Positions 49,201-62,300 of a DNA stretch of 64,000 nucleotides are shown here, piece after piece. Position numbers and translations under genes: made by a program. The notes beneath the pieces are model-generated. The model did no database searches, was not told the origin of the DNA, and worked only from the letters and a program-made list of their open reading frames with translations. The DNA lies in IMG/VR virus record IMGVR_UViG_3300032007_000042. The stretch is one strand, 5' to 3'. The DNA is from an uncultured virus (IMG/VR IMGVR_UViG_3300032007_000042). Taxonomy: Duplodnaviria > Heunggongvirae > Uroviricota > Caudoviricetes > Crassvirales. The first letter of the stretch is position 1. The number at the start of each line of letters is the position of its first letter.

Positions 49201-50263
49201 GATTTATTATAATCTCTTGTGCAGCATCAGACAGAGTATTTATAGAATTACCTATTCTATGAAACTCCATAGCATCAATCTTATACTTTTTATTTAACTT
49301 ATGGAGCTCTAGTCTTATTTGTTCCTCAGGGCTTTGAGTAATTATCTGATTAGTCATCTGATCTACTTGAGCCTTCAGATTATTAAGGTCAATACTATCA
49401 AACTTCTTTGCCTTGTTTACAGCATTAAGAAAGAGAGTAGTCTCATGTGGAGTAAGGGTTCTTTGATGAGTATTAGCATCATTGATAGCCTGTGCAGCAT
49501 CCTCTATAGAACCAAATCTTTGTATTAAAGCTTGTACTTGTGGAGTATTCTGATTTAATGTAAACAATACAATAGCATCCTTTTTATACAAGTCATTGAT
49601 TCTGGTATATTTCTTCAGATTGATTAATTGCTGCACTAATCCTGGATTCATAGGAGATATAAATTCCTTTGCTTCTTGAGAAACATTCTCAATATCAATG
49701 CCATTAACACTAAATGCTTGTTTATATATCTCCCACACTTTCAACCTATTTTCCACATCCTTTGGATACATGAATGTGTGACTATTTTTCTGCCTTGTGT
49801 AGATATTATAAACTTCATGGTCATTTAAGTCCTTGTGCTTTATAACTATGGCAACAAGACCCTTATGAGTCCTATTAAACTGATCAGCTCTTTCAAGAGC
49901 ATCCTTAGCATTAGTATAGTCAATAGGTTTATATTTATTATCTACAGCTCCTATTTGATAAGAAGCCTGCTTTAAATATTCCTCACCTTTCTCAGCAATT
50001 ATATCATTATAGTCAAAGAAATCAAGAACATCATTTACTCTATGCTGTCCTAAATAGTCTCTTTTAGTGTCCCCATTATATTTCTTTGCATTAATGGCAT
50101 CAAGTTTTTGGGCAACAGAAGGATTAGCCTCATAAGCAGCATATAGTAAGTTAGTAAGAGGCCTGTTGTTAGTATGATCCAGCATATCTTTATACAGTTT
50201 ACTTGGCTTACCATTTACTTCTGGCCATAAAATACATGATGCTCCATTTTGTGTTTTTCCCAT
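46271..50263 (-). CDS. Large cargo/virion protein (1330 aa, crAss001 gp49-like)
   Basis: Long helical ORF downstream of the RNAP gene with a hydrophobic C-terminal segment. Confidence 0.7.
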   Translation of the reverse strand: MGKTQNGASCILWPEVNGKPSKLYKDMLDHTNNRPLTNLLYAAYEANPSVAQKLDAINAKKYNGDTKRDYLGQHRVNDVLDFFDYNDIIAEKGEEYLKQASYQIGAVDNKYKPIDYTNAKDALERADQFNRTHKGLVAIVIKHKDLNDHEVYNIYTRQKNSHTFMYPKDVENRLKVWEIYKQAFSVNGIDIENVSQEAKEFISPMNPGLVQQLINLKKYTRINDLYKKDAIVLFTLNQNTPQVQALIQRFGSIEDAAQAINDANTHQRTLTPHETTLFLNAVNKAKKFDSIDLNNLKAQVDQMTNQIITQSPEEQIRLELHKLNKKYKIDAMEFHRIGNSINTLSDAAQEIIINLERQIKHIKDSRTTDAQERDKNIDEGRKLSKTLSTLYQELRAGRYYSGTLSFLNEVNTRVAEVDKIVDDALTIPPATADLEFYMDRAKKLYKITLLHKQYYDILKALANDSLIIDENISQQDIDNIRTLAQKIKKVFDNRESQIKSLTSDTVREILIKFAGDGVKDITALVNAIDLAVKDSTKQDSLLYAMSRVSNPIISTMGGLINDAQLHRNDIMAKFSTRITKATKKLYASGSNSEFMYEDDGHIISDIDWKAYYAARAAYKKALNAQNLDEWDFRQALYDWEDNNTEGKVVDATNGRTEKIPNQRYRKAFPQLTKEQQEYYNTMMQIKGEIGSLLPEYARHQYLPPQLRRNMFDALGHAKGFKDVGKAILTKAQNIYKIREDDEHYNTNGVIEGEEYATVRGDYDNTQLKQIPIFFVNKVEQDELLKDFSGGLQALAGTAINYSEMSRIEDCINFMGDYIKNYDENSGTRDERPKAETFGDRSVRIIKDLRSWAVRNHNTEAMVDSFINQHLYGVYRDPNENKTWRTIASRLISYTSFKGLATNLKGMTANYLMGEFQMLIEAGAGEFYNFKDYGWAHTKLFGSAGVTGEIWDLLNETKNSKSRLFAELFDPEQENFDSKTHTRYHKSILRKLLAHDLSFMGYGAGEYLIHYVGMYACLHHQKVYINGEKMSLYDAFEVVNKGDGAAELHLKQGITDKDGNAIDPDELLRNVRKKIQQANQTCHGAMDKEHKGLIYQHWYGAMAMNFRQWMVEHYSRRFRKKYFDANIGQYREGYWRSLNRALVEEFKENKEARNAFIACLKFLGEFASFTVRGRLIWASLDDVQKYNLGRAHTELSLLLALYVAELALSFVPGGDDDFRGNRFARFWLYQLKRMILDTEASMPHPAAIQNMITILQSPMASISTANSMLYTIYGLGDITETIQSGPHKGENKYLRNVIKYDFPFVKDIEQMETMKDKDDVFKAFKITPSGY

Positions 50264-50291
50264 ATCTATTTTATTTTATTATTTTATTATT

Positions 50292-50332
50292 AAAAAGAGA
50301 TAGGGTAGGATACTTTATACCCTACACCTATC
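50292..50332 (-). terminator. Terminator-like hairpin after the RNAP gene
   Basis: On +: AAAAAGAGATAGGGTAGG...CCTACACCTATC. The A-tract reads as a U-tract on the - strand. Confidence 0.55.
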
Positions 50333-50341
50333 ATACTTTAA

Positions 50342-53300
50342 TTAGCACATCTCCCTAAACTTCTTTATAGTCTCTTCCTCATTTAAATTCAAACCATTAG
50401 CCTTAAAGATTTTTTGAAGAATTCCTACATTCTTCTCAGCAGCTCCTGGTTTCTTATATGCCTCAATAAGATTTTCTGCTCTTGTTTTGCCGCTGATAGA
50501 ATCTTTATCTGCAAGTCTTGAATTGGAATTAATGAACATATCTTTTAATGAAGCAGCATTTTGCTTTACTACACTATCAGGAGTAGTAGGATTATGAGTG
50601 CTTGAAGCCTCATCATCAATAGCATTATGGTCTCTTATATCAGAGTCAGCTTGATTATCTTTAGCCTTTACTTCCTTAGTATCAGCAAGAGCCTTACTAA
50701 TCTCATTAGTACTAATCTCAAGATATTCACCATTATTGCCTAAAGGAGAAATCATATCATATATCCAAGTCTCTTTCTTACTCCAGATATTGTTTCTCTT
50801 CTTCCAGAGGTAAGTATTGCCATAGGCAGAAGTTTTTATAAACATCTTACCCATTAAGCTATTGTACCCATCTTCTGTATAGACAGTCAAAGTCTTAGTT
50901 CTAAGATTAACACTAAGTCCATCTTTCTTTACATTAGCCCAAGAGACAAGTTTATTATTATCCCAATTGTTTCTAACAAACTGGTCAATGACATTATCAT
51001 TTACAATTCTGTCATTATACATACCTTTGTAGACATCATTGTATGTTATCTTCTCACCATCAACAGTCTTAGACAAGTGATTCTTAACATACACAGGAAT
51101 TAATGCCATAAAGGTCTTAGGACTAAAGCCTATACCAGCTCTAAAGAAACTATATTGGAACAGTGCGTTAGAGAGATTTTGATTCTCTTTATAAAGATCA
51201 ACCCATGCACTACCCAACTCTTCTTTTTGTTTAGCATCCATACCAGTAATCTTAATCTGTAAGAAAGGCTTCTTGGTCTTTCTGCTAAAGTTAAGTTTAA
51301 TAGCCTGAATAAGAGCATTATCCTTATATTTAGGATCTTGCTGATACTTCAAGAACTTCTTAGGGAACTCATTGATATAATAACTAAGATTCTCTGAATC
51401 AATCAGTTCAGATGCCATAAGCATATAAGACTGATAGAAAGTGCTTAATTGATCAAGTAACTTCTTATCAGAGAATACTTTCTCAGTCAGTCCATAATTA
51501 TCAAGAGTAGCAAGGATAGTTCTAAACTTAGTGCTATTAGTAGGCATATTAGCAGCATCAAAGATTTTATGTGCTATACCTACAGTACTCTTGAAGCTAT
51601 CAAGAATAGGATGAGCTGCCCACACATCATTAATGTCTACAACATTACCCTTTTTGTCATAGAAAGCAGTATGAGCGGGCTCATTATTCTTAGTTCTTTC
51701 TTTTGGTTTGATGTAGTCTAAGTTAGCATTCTCTTTAGACAGGAAGTTTCCAATCTTATGTTCCATAATAAGGTTATCAACTATCAGAGGCCCGACAGCA
51801 CTTGATATAGAGTTGAATCTTGTAGCAAAGGTAATATTCCTCATCCTATCTGTAATAGCCTTCAGTTTAGAGAAAACCAGAAGAACCTTATAATCAGAAG
51901 CCTTATGATCACCTTCTCTAAGGCCATCAATCAACTCTTGCTTAGAGATAGCCTCATAGTTAATATTAGAGTTCTCATTAATATGTTCCTCAGCAGCTAT
52001 ATCATCCAAGAAGTCATTAACTACATCATCAATGGAAGCATAGCCTGAAAGGTTTCTCTTATTGAACTCATCAATCACTCTTGTAACAATATCCTGTGAC
52101 AGGAACAAAGCAGCATCCTCAAAAGGAAGACCAAGTCTTATCATAGTATTCAGCATACCAGCAGTAGTGATATTGATGTTCATAAGATTCAGCACAGGGT
52201 CTTTTACTGCATCAGCAGATGCACCTACCAAAGAACCTAAGACTTTGCCAATGATATTACCTTTAGAATCATATCTCGGGTCAACCTTCATTCTTCCTGC
52301 AAAGTTTAAGCCCTTGTACTCACCATCTTTATTACCTATCTTTCCAATGTTAAATCCAGTACCACAGATTTCATCTATGTCAATGTAGAAGTCATCAGCC
52401 TCAAGAACAGCATGAGCAATTTTATTGACTGCAAAAATACCAATCAGAGTAGCAGCAGCAGAGTTTTGCTTATAGAACTGCATTTGAGTGTCAAACCATG
52501 CAAGATCTTTCTGTGTATAACTCAGCTTCTTAAGATCACCAGTCTCTAAAGCATGAAGTTTATCCCAAGAAACATCAGCATTAGCAGGATTCTTATAAGC
52601 AGCCACCATATAGCCTACTTTCTTCTGAAGCTCAAAACCACCAGGGTTCAGTATTTTATCAGCAGATGTAGGATTAGTAAGTACTGCCCAAGACATATTG
52701 ACAATCTCATTATCATTAAATTGCTTAGAGTTCTTGCTTACCTCAGCAGTAGTATAGCAGTGCTTCATTACTTCCTTATCATCAAGTATTTCTTGATAAA
52801 GTCTCTTTAATTCCTTATCAAGATTTCCACTTAGAAGCTTATCAGCATCAGATCTATCTATAGTATCAAGAAAGACACTAATCTTATTGTTAAGAGTTGT
52901 CTTATCATTATAAGTAAGTGCAGCATTCTTTTTTGCAGCAATAAATGCTTCTGCTCTCTTATGAAGTTCTTTTTCTACTTTCTTCTTGCTTACTATTATT
53001 TTATAGTCCTTTCTCATGACATATCTCTTATCAATGTCAAAGTCAGAACCATCAATAGAAGTAAGCTCATAAGGAAGCATGATAGTTTCTCCTGCCTGAC
53101 GAGGCATAAAACCTACTATCTTACAGGGAGCCATAGAATACTTATCCTCTGTAGGAATACGATAAGTAATTAACTTAAGCATTTCTGGATTAGTTTCCTC
53201 AATAGCTTTCATGTCAATATTACCATCTTTATCCATGAACTTCTCAGCAATCTCATCAGACCATATAGGAGCAAAGACCTCAAAGTAAGCAATACCACCT

Positions 53301-56300
53301 TGGTTCTCTTTAGCATAGTCTTGATAAGAACTATACTTCTTTTGCTCATCAGTTAAAGTACCTTCTTCCTTAGCCTTATTAAACTCTTCCTCAGATGGCA
53401 TCAGATTACCATTCTTATCATTAAATCTAATATGAAGTTGCTTAGAAGCACCATAGTTAGATACCTGCACTATAGGGCCACCTGCAATCTCTTGCTTGTT
53501 TACTCTGTTCTTAATGATAGAGTTGATAAGCTGCTCTATTCTCTTACACTGAATAGGATCACCAAGAGGAATATTAAACTCACCATCATCATTTAATGAG
53601 CAAGCCCATCTAAGGTCTACACCATAGCGAGGAGAGGAATCTATTTCTTTCACAAGTATCTGTGACAGAGCCATATTTCTCTCTTTCTTATCTTCTATAG
53701 TATCACCATTAGAATCTTGTAAATGAAACTCTCTTGCTAATTTATCAAGACTATCCAAGATATTCTCAGCAATAGTACTTTCATAATGATGCCTAAACTC
53801 ATTAGCATTTAAAGAGTGCTTCTTACCCTTATCATCAGTCCACTCATACTTGACAATATTAGATTCATCTTCAGGATGTTCTCTGCCTTTCTCTACATCA
53901 TAATAATAATCAAGGTCAGAAGGAATAATCATTCTTATCTGAGAGCCATGAGCCTGACTATGATCTTTAAAGTGCTCTGGAATCTCCTGCTGAATAGCAT
54001 AGTCCTCAAAGGGAGCCTCCTGAACATAGTTGTCAGTATCATAGTCATTAGTGCCTTCTTTATAAATACGAGACTTAAGATAAGTATAAGCTCTTACTTC
54101 ACCATTTTCCTTATCATCAATAAACTGATTCAAGTCTAAAGGTGTTTGAAGGGAAGACTTAATAGCAGACTCAAATTGTACAGTATCTATACCCTTGCCA
54201 TTGTAAGTACCTTGCTTTATAATCTTGCCTGTAGTGTCTCTTTCCCTGCCATCATAAGCACTATCTTCCATGATATTGCTAATAGCTCTCAAGAGGTTAG
54301 GACGAGAAGTCTCCTCATTCCTAAGTAAAGCATCAGCCATTACAAGAAGTACCTCAGAGTTCTTAGCTTGGAAAGGACAATACATTTGTGTTATAGGAGC
54401 TTTTGCTGCATTCATATTCTTTAGAAGATGAGTGTAGACAAAAGGTTTCATAGGCTGGAAAGCAGTCTTAAGGTCAGTATAGGTATAAGTACCATTGAGA
54501 ATCTTTTTATAGATTTCCTCAGCATTTAAACCCCATTTACCAAACATCAGAGCTTTCTTTCTATAAGATGTCATACAGCTATAGCCCTCAGCATCAGCAA
54601 CATTGATCTCACTGTAAGCCCTAATAACATCTTCTTTAAGAGCCATCATTCCAGCTTTCTCATAAGGCTTAGCTTGAGCTATCTTTCTATCAAATACCTC
54701 AGTAAGATTAGCTATAATGTTGGACTTAAAGTCATCAAAGTCTTTCAAGATAAGTGTTCTATACTTACCATCAGAGACTCTTTTAGGCTCAATGCCTTTC
54801 TTAGGATCACCATAATCAGTAGCATGAACATTAGCTCTAATACCAGGGGCATGAAGCTCAGCCAATCTCTTTTGAAGATCCTCAGCATCCTTATAGAAAG
54901 CAGTATCACCAACCAACATCATTAAGATATTTTTTGAAGCCAGATAGTCATTCCAAATGAAGTTCTCAATAGCATCTTTTATCTTGCCATTAACAAATTC
55001 ATTATGCTTATCAAGTGCATCACCTTCAAGTTCATTGCCATTATCATCCTTAGTGCTGAGGAAGTCAGGATCAATGATGTTTTTTACTTTCTGTGCAGCC
55101 TGTATAATACCCTTTTTATCCATCATTTCAAGGATATTATTAGCTCTGTTCTGCATATAAGCTGTAGTAGCTTTCTCAATTAAGTCTTTAAGCTTTATTT
55201 CATCTTCAGGAGTAAGCTCTTCCTCACCTTTGATCTTCTTTTGAAGGAGTTCAGCTAATACTTCATTATCATCAGATACATTGCCTTCAGCATCCTTTAA
55301 GATAGTTCTGTTACCACCTTTCTCTATATAGTCATTAAGGAATGGGAAGAAGCAGAATTGTCTACCATTGGTATCAAAGTTTTTGATAAAGCCCTTATCA
55401 CCCTTAGACAAGTTTCTTCTCATAACAGTTTGTATTCTACTAATTTCCATGAACACCATATCAGAGAGATCATCTACAATACTCTTCTTATAAAGATCCT
55501 CTCTATAAGCACGGAATTTAATGAACTCCTCAGATGGCTTGTTAGATTCCATAGGTATTCTAAACCATGCTACAGCCAAACCATTCTCTGTTTCTACAGA
55601 GAAATACTCTGAAAGTACAGAAAGTGCATACTCTGGATCTGTAAGATTCTTCATATAGTTATGACCATTGAAGCTGAGCTGAACTCTATGATCAAGAATA
55701 CTTCTATAGCTTCCCATATATTTAAGCCATGGCACATTCCAGTGCATTATTTCTCCATACTGTCTGCTCCATTCTTTCTTACCAAACCATTGAGATTTAC
55801 CATACTCCTCTTCCATAAATTCCTTAAACTTCTCATTAGTTGATTTAGTGAATTTTTGGAAAAGCTTTGTAGTAAATGAAGGAATAACATAGGACTGGTA
55901 CATCTTACCACTGTTATAGAAAGCATTGATTGCAGTATCTTCAAGTATCTCTGTAATAGGTTTAATGAAGCTCTGTATTTCACCTTTAATGGCATTACTA
56001 CCTTTGAACTCAAATGGGTTATATTTCTCCTGATATTCTTCAGATTTACTTATAACATTATCCAAGTTCTCAACAAGGTAGTGAAGTTTCTCTACCATAG
56101 TAGATAGAGTATCTTTATTAAGAACACTTGCAACCATGTCAGGAGTGGCATCAAATCCTAAAACTGAAGAGACTTTTGATAACCATTCAGCATACTCATT
56201 CATCTTATCAGGAGACATATCTACCTCTTTCTTCATACCTCTGAAATTCCATTCAGGAAGATTATTCTCTGCTTGATGAAGAGTATCAAGAGCTGTTCTA

Positions 56301-59300
56301 TTAATCAAACCACTTGTCTGGAATAAAGGATGCTCTCCTATGTTATACTTAGCTACAATACTATCCATTACTTCAGTAAGTGCTGGATGAGCATTGGCAT
56401 TGATACAAGTAAACTTACCATTTTGATCCAACACTATTGAGTATAATTGGAAATGCTTACTGAAGACACCAAAGAACTGACTCTGCAAATCAATGTTGAC
56501 AGGATTACTTTTATCCTGTAGTCTATTGATGAGCTGCTCTAGCCAAGGATTATCCACTTTCTTCTCATTTAACTTTTGAATCATATCTTCAAGAGTTAAG
56601 GAACCTTGTGTCCATCTGAGAATACTATTAGTTACCTGTCTTGGATCTATTCTCTCCTTAATGCCAAAGAGAGGATTCACTACAGGTTCACCATTTTCAT
56701 CCAGTTTATAGCACTCATGAATAGCCTTTCTTACAAGAGCAGACATAGACATCATAGCATCAATAGTTCTAAAGTCTACCTGCCAATGCTCCTGAGCATC
56801 TCCCTCAGTCTCATTTAAGGAATCTTCATCATTGAAATCATTGAAATTGTTTATATCAAGTTGAAGATTTTCTTTAGTTGTACTGAATCTATGATTACCA
56901 TAATCTCTTGATATGCCTATACCCTCATTAAAGGTAAATATATCAGAGCCAATCTTTACTATAGCATCCCAGTTATTACGAATAAAATCAGCCTTTGTAG
57001 TAGCATCTATAAAGTCATCAACATTATCAAACCAATCATTTTGTTCTGGATCAAATACTTTCTTGACATGATTAAGGAGATTCTCAATACCAATAGTACC
57101 TATAATCTCTTCTCTTGTAGCCTTGGTAAAGTCAAAACCTTCCTTTGGTTTTACATTTGGGAACAGTTGCTTAGCAAGTCCTTCCTTAGCCTGAATATCA
57201 GAGATAGTATCACTAATATAGTCCATTGTAAGTTCTGCAATATCCCTTATTTCAGATACCTTTAAAGGAGAGCTTACATACTTAAGATCCTCTCCAGTCA
57301 TGCCATTAAGAAGGTTGGCATACTGCTGATTGAGTCTATGGAAGTCACTCTTAGCAGCCTGCTCTTCCTCCTTTTCCTTACGTTGTTTTTCATCCAAATA
57401 ATCATCTTTGTCTTTTGCGTTTAGGATAACTTTCATTTTGTCTATTAGTTTCTGATTGTATTGTTTACCCTCATTAGACATATGATAGACTTCATCATCC
57501 TCATCTTCCATTCTTCTGAACTGACTATCCAGTTCTTTCAGATAGGATTCTTTCCAAGGATAATCTATCTCTATGCCTTTAAGGTCTTTGGCAGCTCTGT
57601 TATAAACAAAGTGCTCAAAGTTGGGTAATGAAAGTGTTTTCTGCATATCTACCTTTTTATCAGATAACACTTTCTGTACTGGATTTATTGTGTTAGGATT
57701 ATTATCTTTATCTGTAAGAGATGCATTATTTTCAAAAGTCTTTTTATAGACTTCCTCAATAGCTTTCTTACCTGTGTCATCAATCTTTCTTGAACCTATT
57801 CCAGCAAAGTTCTTAGTCAATGTTGGAGTATCTGTCTCATCCCAAGATTTAGTAGAATAGTTATATTCATACCATTTACCTTTATCTTGGTCAAATACAT
57901 GAACTGGTTTATTGTTATCAATAGCCATTTGCACAGCCCATCCTGTACCACCATTTACAGTATTATTATCTGCTATTGTTGACACTGCAAAGATAGCATC
58001 AGAGTTTTTAACTTGTTGCCAGTTTCTTCTTAAGAGATTATTTACATACTCATTTGATGTAGGAAACCTTCTATTAAGAGTCTTATTAGCTTTCTCCAAA
58101 TGTGAATCAGCTTCTTTCATTGCACTTTTAGATACAGGAGTATTACCAAAAGGTGTTTTATTTCCTTCTCCATAGTAATGCTTAGATTCTACACCATACT
58201 TTTCACCAATATTCCCCCAATAGAAGTCACTTCCATATGCTCCTCCACTATGATTGATGTATGTATTATTAACTGAGTTTAATGTATTTGAGCCTATATC
58301 TTTATTATTTAACGAATTATCTTGTGTATTATTGTCTTTGTCTGTAGTAACTTCATTCCAATGGTCTGTCCACTCCTTATTAAATACTACATTAGAAGGT
58401 ATAGGACCAGCATCTTTGAACATCTTAATCATCTCTCTTCCTGTATAACCATTCAAAGTAGCTTGATTAAGACCATTAGTATAAGCTATTTTAAATTGCT
58501 TATCAGGATGTTGTCTTGCTACTTCATACATCTTCTTGATATTCTCAGTTATTTGTGCAGGAGAAATGCTTCTTAAATCTTTATTGAGTTTTCTATTTAC
58601 ATAACCTAGTATATCATTATTATCAAGAGAATAAACACCAAAAGTATCACTTTGAACAAAGTCACCTTTATCATTCTTAATGTATAAAGTATTGCCAACA
58701 TATTTAGACGTAAATTGTCCATAAGGAGTTTTTGCATTAAATTCTATAGAACCATCACTATTTCTTTTAATGTCACTTATATCATCTCTTGTGCTAATAT
58801 CTTTAGTAGGCAAAGCATAAGCATTACCTTGTAATCCTTCACCTTGCTTATATTTAGCACCAAACTTCTCTACAGCTGTTTTAGCAGCACCAGCACCATG
58901 TCTTCCTTCAGGGTTACTACCAAATACAAATATCGTATTAGCATCTGGAGTAATCATTCCAGTATAGTGATTAGGTATAGTATAATTCTTAATAGTATCT
59001 GTAGTATCTGGCTCTGTAGGAGTATCTTTAGGACTCAAAGGAGACCCTTCTTTCTTAACATCATTAGATATAATAGTAACAGTATCAGAGGCTCTTGAAA
59101 CACCTACATACTCAAGCTGTCTTCTAATATCAACCATATCAGAAGTATTATCTTGAGTAGTATTAGTTTGAGAGCTAGCAGCACCTTGAGTATTATCATC
59201 ACCAAATAGATCAAAGTCTGTAGAACTTTCTATCTCAGCATTGTCCATATTACTATGAGCAGCAGCTATACCATTATTAGTAATATCAACACTTGATGCA

Positions 59301-62300
59301 TCAACAGAATGATGTACTTTAGATTCAGCATTCTTTAATGCTTCTCTGTCAAGGTAGTTATTATACATGGCTATATTAACATCATCAAGGAGCACATTCT
59401 TAAATGTAGAACCTTGTGACTTATGTATAGTCATAGCATAACCAAAGTCATACCTCTTATTAAGCAGCTTATAGCCTCTTTCATTAAAAATATTATCATT
59501 AACAAATAGAGACTTTTCTAATCCATTAATGGCTTCTAATATTATTCTTTTTTGACTTATGGCTGGTGTAGATTTCCATTGTGCCCATAGATTAGAGAGT
59601 GTTTTTGCAATCTTAGTAACAGCTTTTTTATTAGCATCATTACCCTTAATATCAACCATATCATAGGTATGAGTTCCGCCATCTATACCCTCAATAGTTA
59701 CAGGAACAACATCTAATGAAACTATTTCTCCTTCTATATGTATTTTCTTTACTTTAGAAGGAGCAACACTTACTACTTTATAGCTTCCAGAGTTAATAAA
59801 TCCATATTGCCTTGTCTGCTTATTATAATCATAGTTAGCATAGCCAAGAATTGTTTCACCTACTCTTGGAGTATTATCATTATAACCAAGAAGCCTTCTT
59901 ACAGTATCATTGTATTGAGCTACTGACTTATTAGAATAAGTAAGTATTCTAAAATAATCAGGATCTTCTCTCATCTTAGGAGCAAAAGTCTTAATTATCT
60001 TATCTCTCTCTTCTTGAGAACTGGGCTTCATATAAGCAACTCCTTTTCCATCTTTATTAAAGGAAGAAACGCCAGAAAGCTCTTCTCCATCACGGAGGTT
60101 AGTAGCTTCCTTAAGAATGGCATTATCTCCTGTTCTTTCTACCTTAGTAAGTGTTATTACATCACCTTGCTTATTAGTAAATACAGGTGAAAGTTTAACA
60201 GAATCATTATCTCTTTCTACAGGAGGAAGTTGCGCAACATCTCCTACAAATATAATCTTCAGACCTGTCTCTTTAGCTATACTTGTCAGTATATCAAAGT
60301 TTTCCTGACTAATCATTGAAGCCTCATCAATAATAGCAGCATCAGAGCCAGCAACTTTACTCTCTACAAGAACAGCTTTTAGATCATCAGCATCATACTC
60401 TTGTTTATCCCCTGGTTCAAGAGCAATGCCAAATGCCTTGTTGGCAGTCATTACAGGATACCCTATATAACCAACTTTAGCTTTAAGAACCTGTGTGGCT
60501 TTATTAGTAGTAGCAGTAAATACAATTTGCATTCCATCTATCTTTGCTTTCTCAGCAATCATTTCCATGATAGATGTTTTGCCAGTACCTGCATAGCCAC
60601 TAAGAGTCATTACCTTCTTATTTGATTTTAAGAAGTCATCAATCTTATCAAGAGCCTCTGTCTGTTGATCATTAGGTATAAATGGAGCTTTAACAGACTT
60701 ACCATCCTTAAAGGTAAAGTATTTCTGATTACCTTTTGGCTTCTTGTCTCTTGCAAGTTGTCTCAGCTTATCTACTACAAGATTAACATCATTTCTATTC
60801 TGCTCTATCTCATTATAGATATTCTTAATATCACTTTCTGTAAGGCCATTAATAAATGAGTGAAGAGCTTCTTTACTCTTTACTGCACCTTCTGGGAGAC
60901 TATTTACATAGTCATGTATCTCTTTCTTAATGTCATCAGTGCTGAGAGTATTATAGTCTATATCATCATTCTCAGTAGAGAACATACCATTATTATCCGT
61001 AGCTGATTTGATTTGGTTGGGATTTTTAACTACAGCTTCATTATCATCAGTTAAATCTATTACTCCATCTTTATTATTTAATTCTTGTATCTCATTTTTA
61101 TTAAATCTATTTTTAGCCCAATCAGGATATTCTTGTTCATTTCTATTAAAAATATATGCTAAAACCGATGAATGAGAATCTTTTGTGATATAATATGGAT
61201 TTTTTATATTAAGAAATGCCTTAATAATATAATTGCCTTCTGCTCTATCGGGTTTTATTCCAAAATAGAAACCTTTACCATATTGTCCAGAATCAGTAGT
61301 ACTTCCTATTTTATTAACATCAAATACACTAAACTTATTAGGAGTTCTATGATAAACGACTAAAGGTTCACCATTTTCATCAACTACTTTAGATGCGTTC
61401 TTTGGGTTATTCTCCCAATCACCAAACCAATCTTTAAAGGCTTTAGTTCTAACTTGAAGCCATTGCTGTTCTGTAAGATTAGTTGGTTTTCCATTAGGAG
61501 CTTTCATAAAGGTACCATTCTTAATAGCTTGTGCTTTTATATCATCAAGTTCCTTTTGATTCTTTATAAAATTATTATAGTCTAAGTCATTCTTAGTAGC
61601 ATCTTGTTTTAGAGCATTATTAAGCCCATTATACTCCATATAAGTCTTTACATCAAAAGCATTGATGGCCTTATCAAGAGTATTCATCATTCTTGTGTAA
61701 TATGGACTTGATGAATGAATACCTAAGAGCTTCTTTATAGCATTGACAACTCTCTGCCAGAAAGACTCTTTTCTATTATTATCAATAGCCTGTATCTTCT
61801 GACGAAATATAGGATTGGAAAGCTCTGCAATAAACTCTCTTTCATTAAGAACACCTCTCTCACCTTTAAGTACATGGTTATATTGTAACTCTGTGAAGAG
61901 CTGATGGATGTCTTTCCTAAACTCTTGAAGAGGCTTAGATAAAGACTCTGCATTAACTTTATCAGATATAGCATAGGTAGTAATGGCATGAATCAACTCA
62001 TGAAGAATAGTAGCAGCCTTTTTATCATTACTGTTACTATTCTCATAGAAATCTTTATTTAGTATAATGGTGTTATGACCAAAAGCACCCATATTGCCAT
62101 CTTTAAGGTCATTGCTAAATACTACCTTAATACCTATAGTATCAGCTAACTTGAATATCTTATCAGCAAGAGGTAAAGAAGTTCTGTCAGCATTGAACTT
62201 ATTAAATAGCTCTTTTGCCTTATTAACACTATACTCCTTGTTATCTTCTGTACCAATGCTTTCTTTTCTTGCCTCTAAATATCCTTTCTTCTGTATATCT

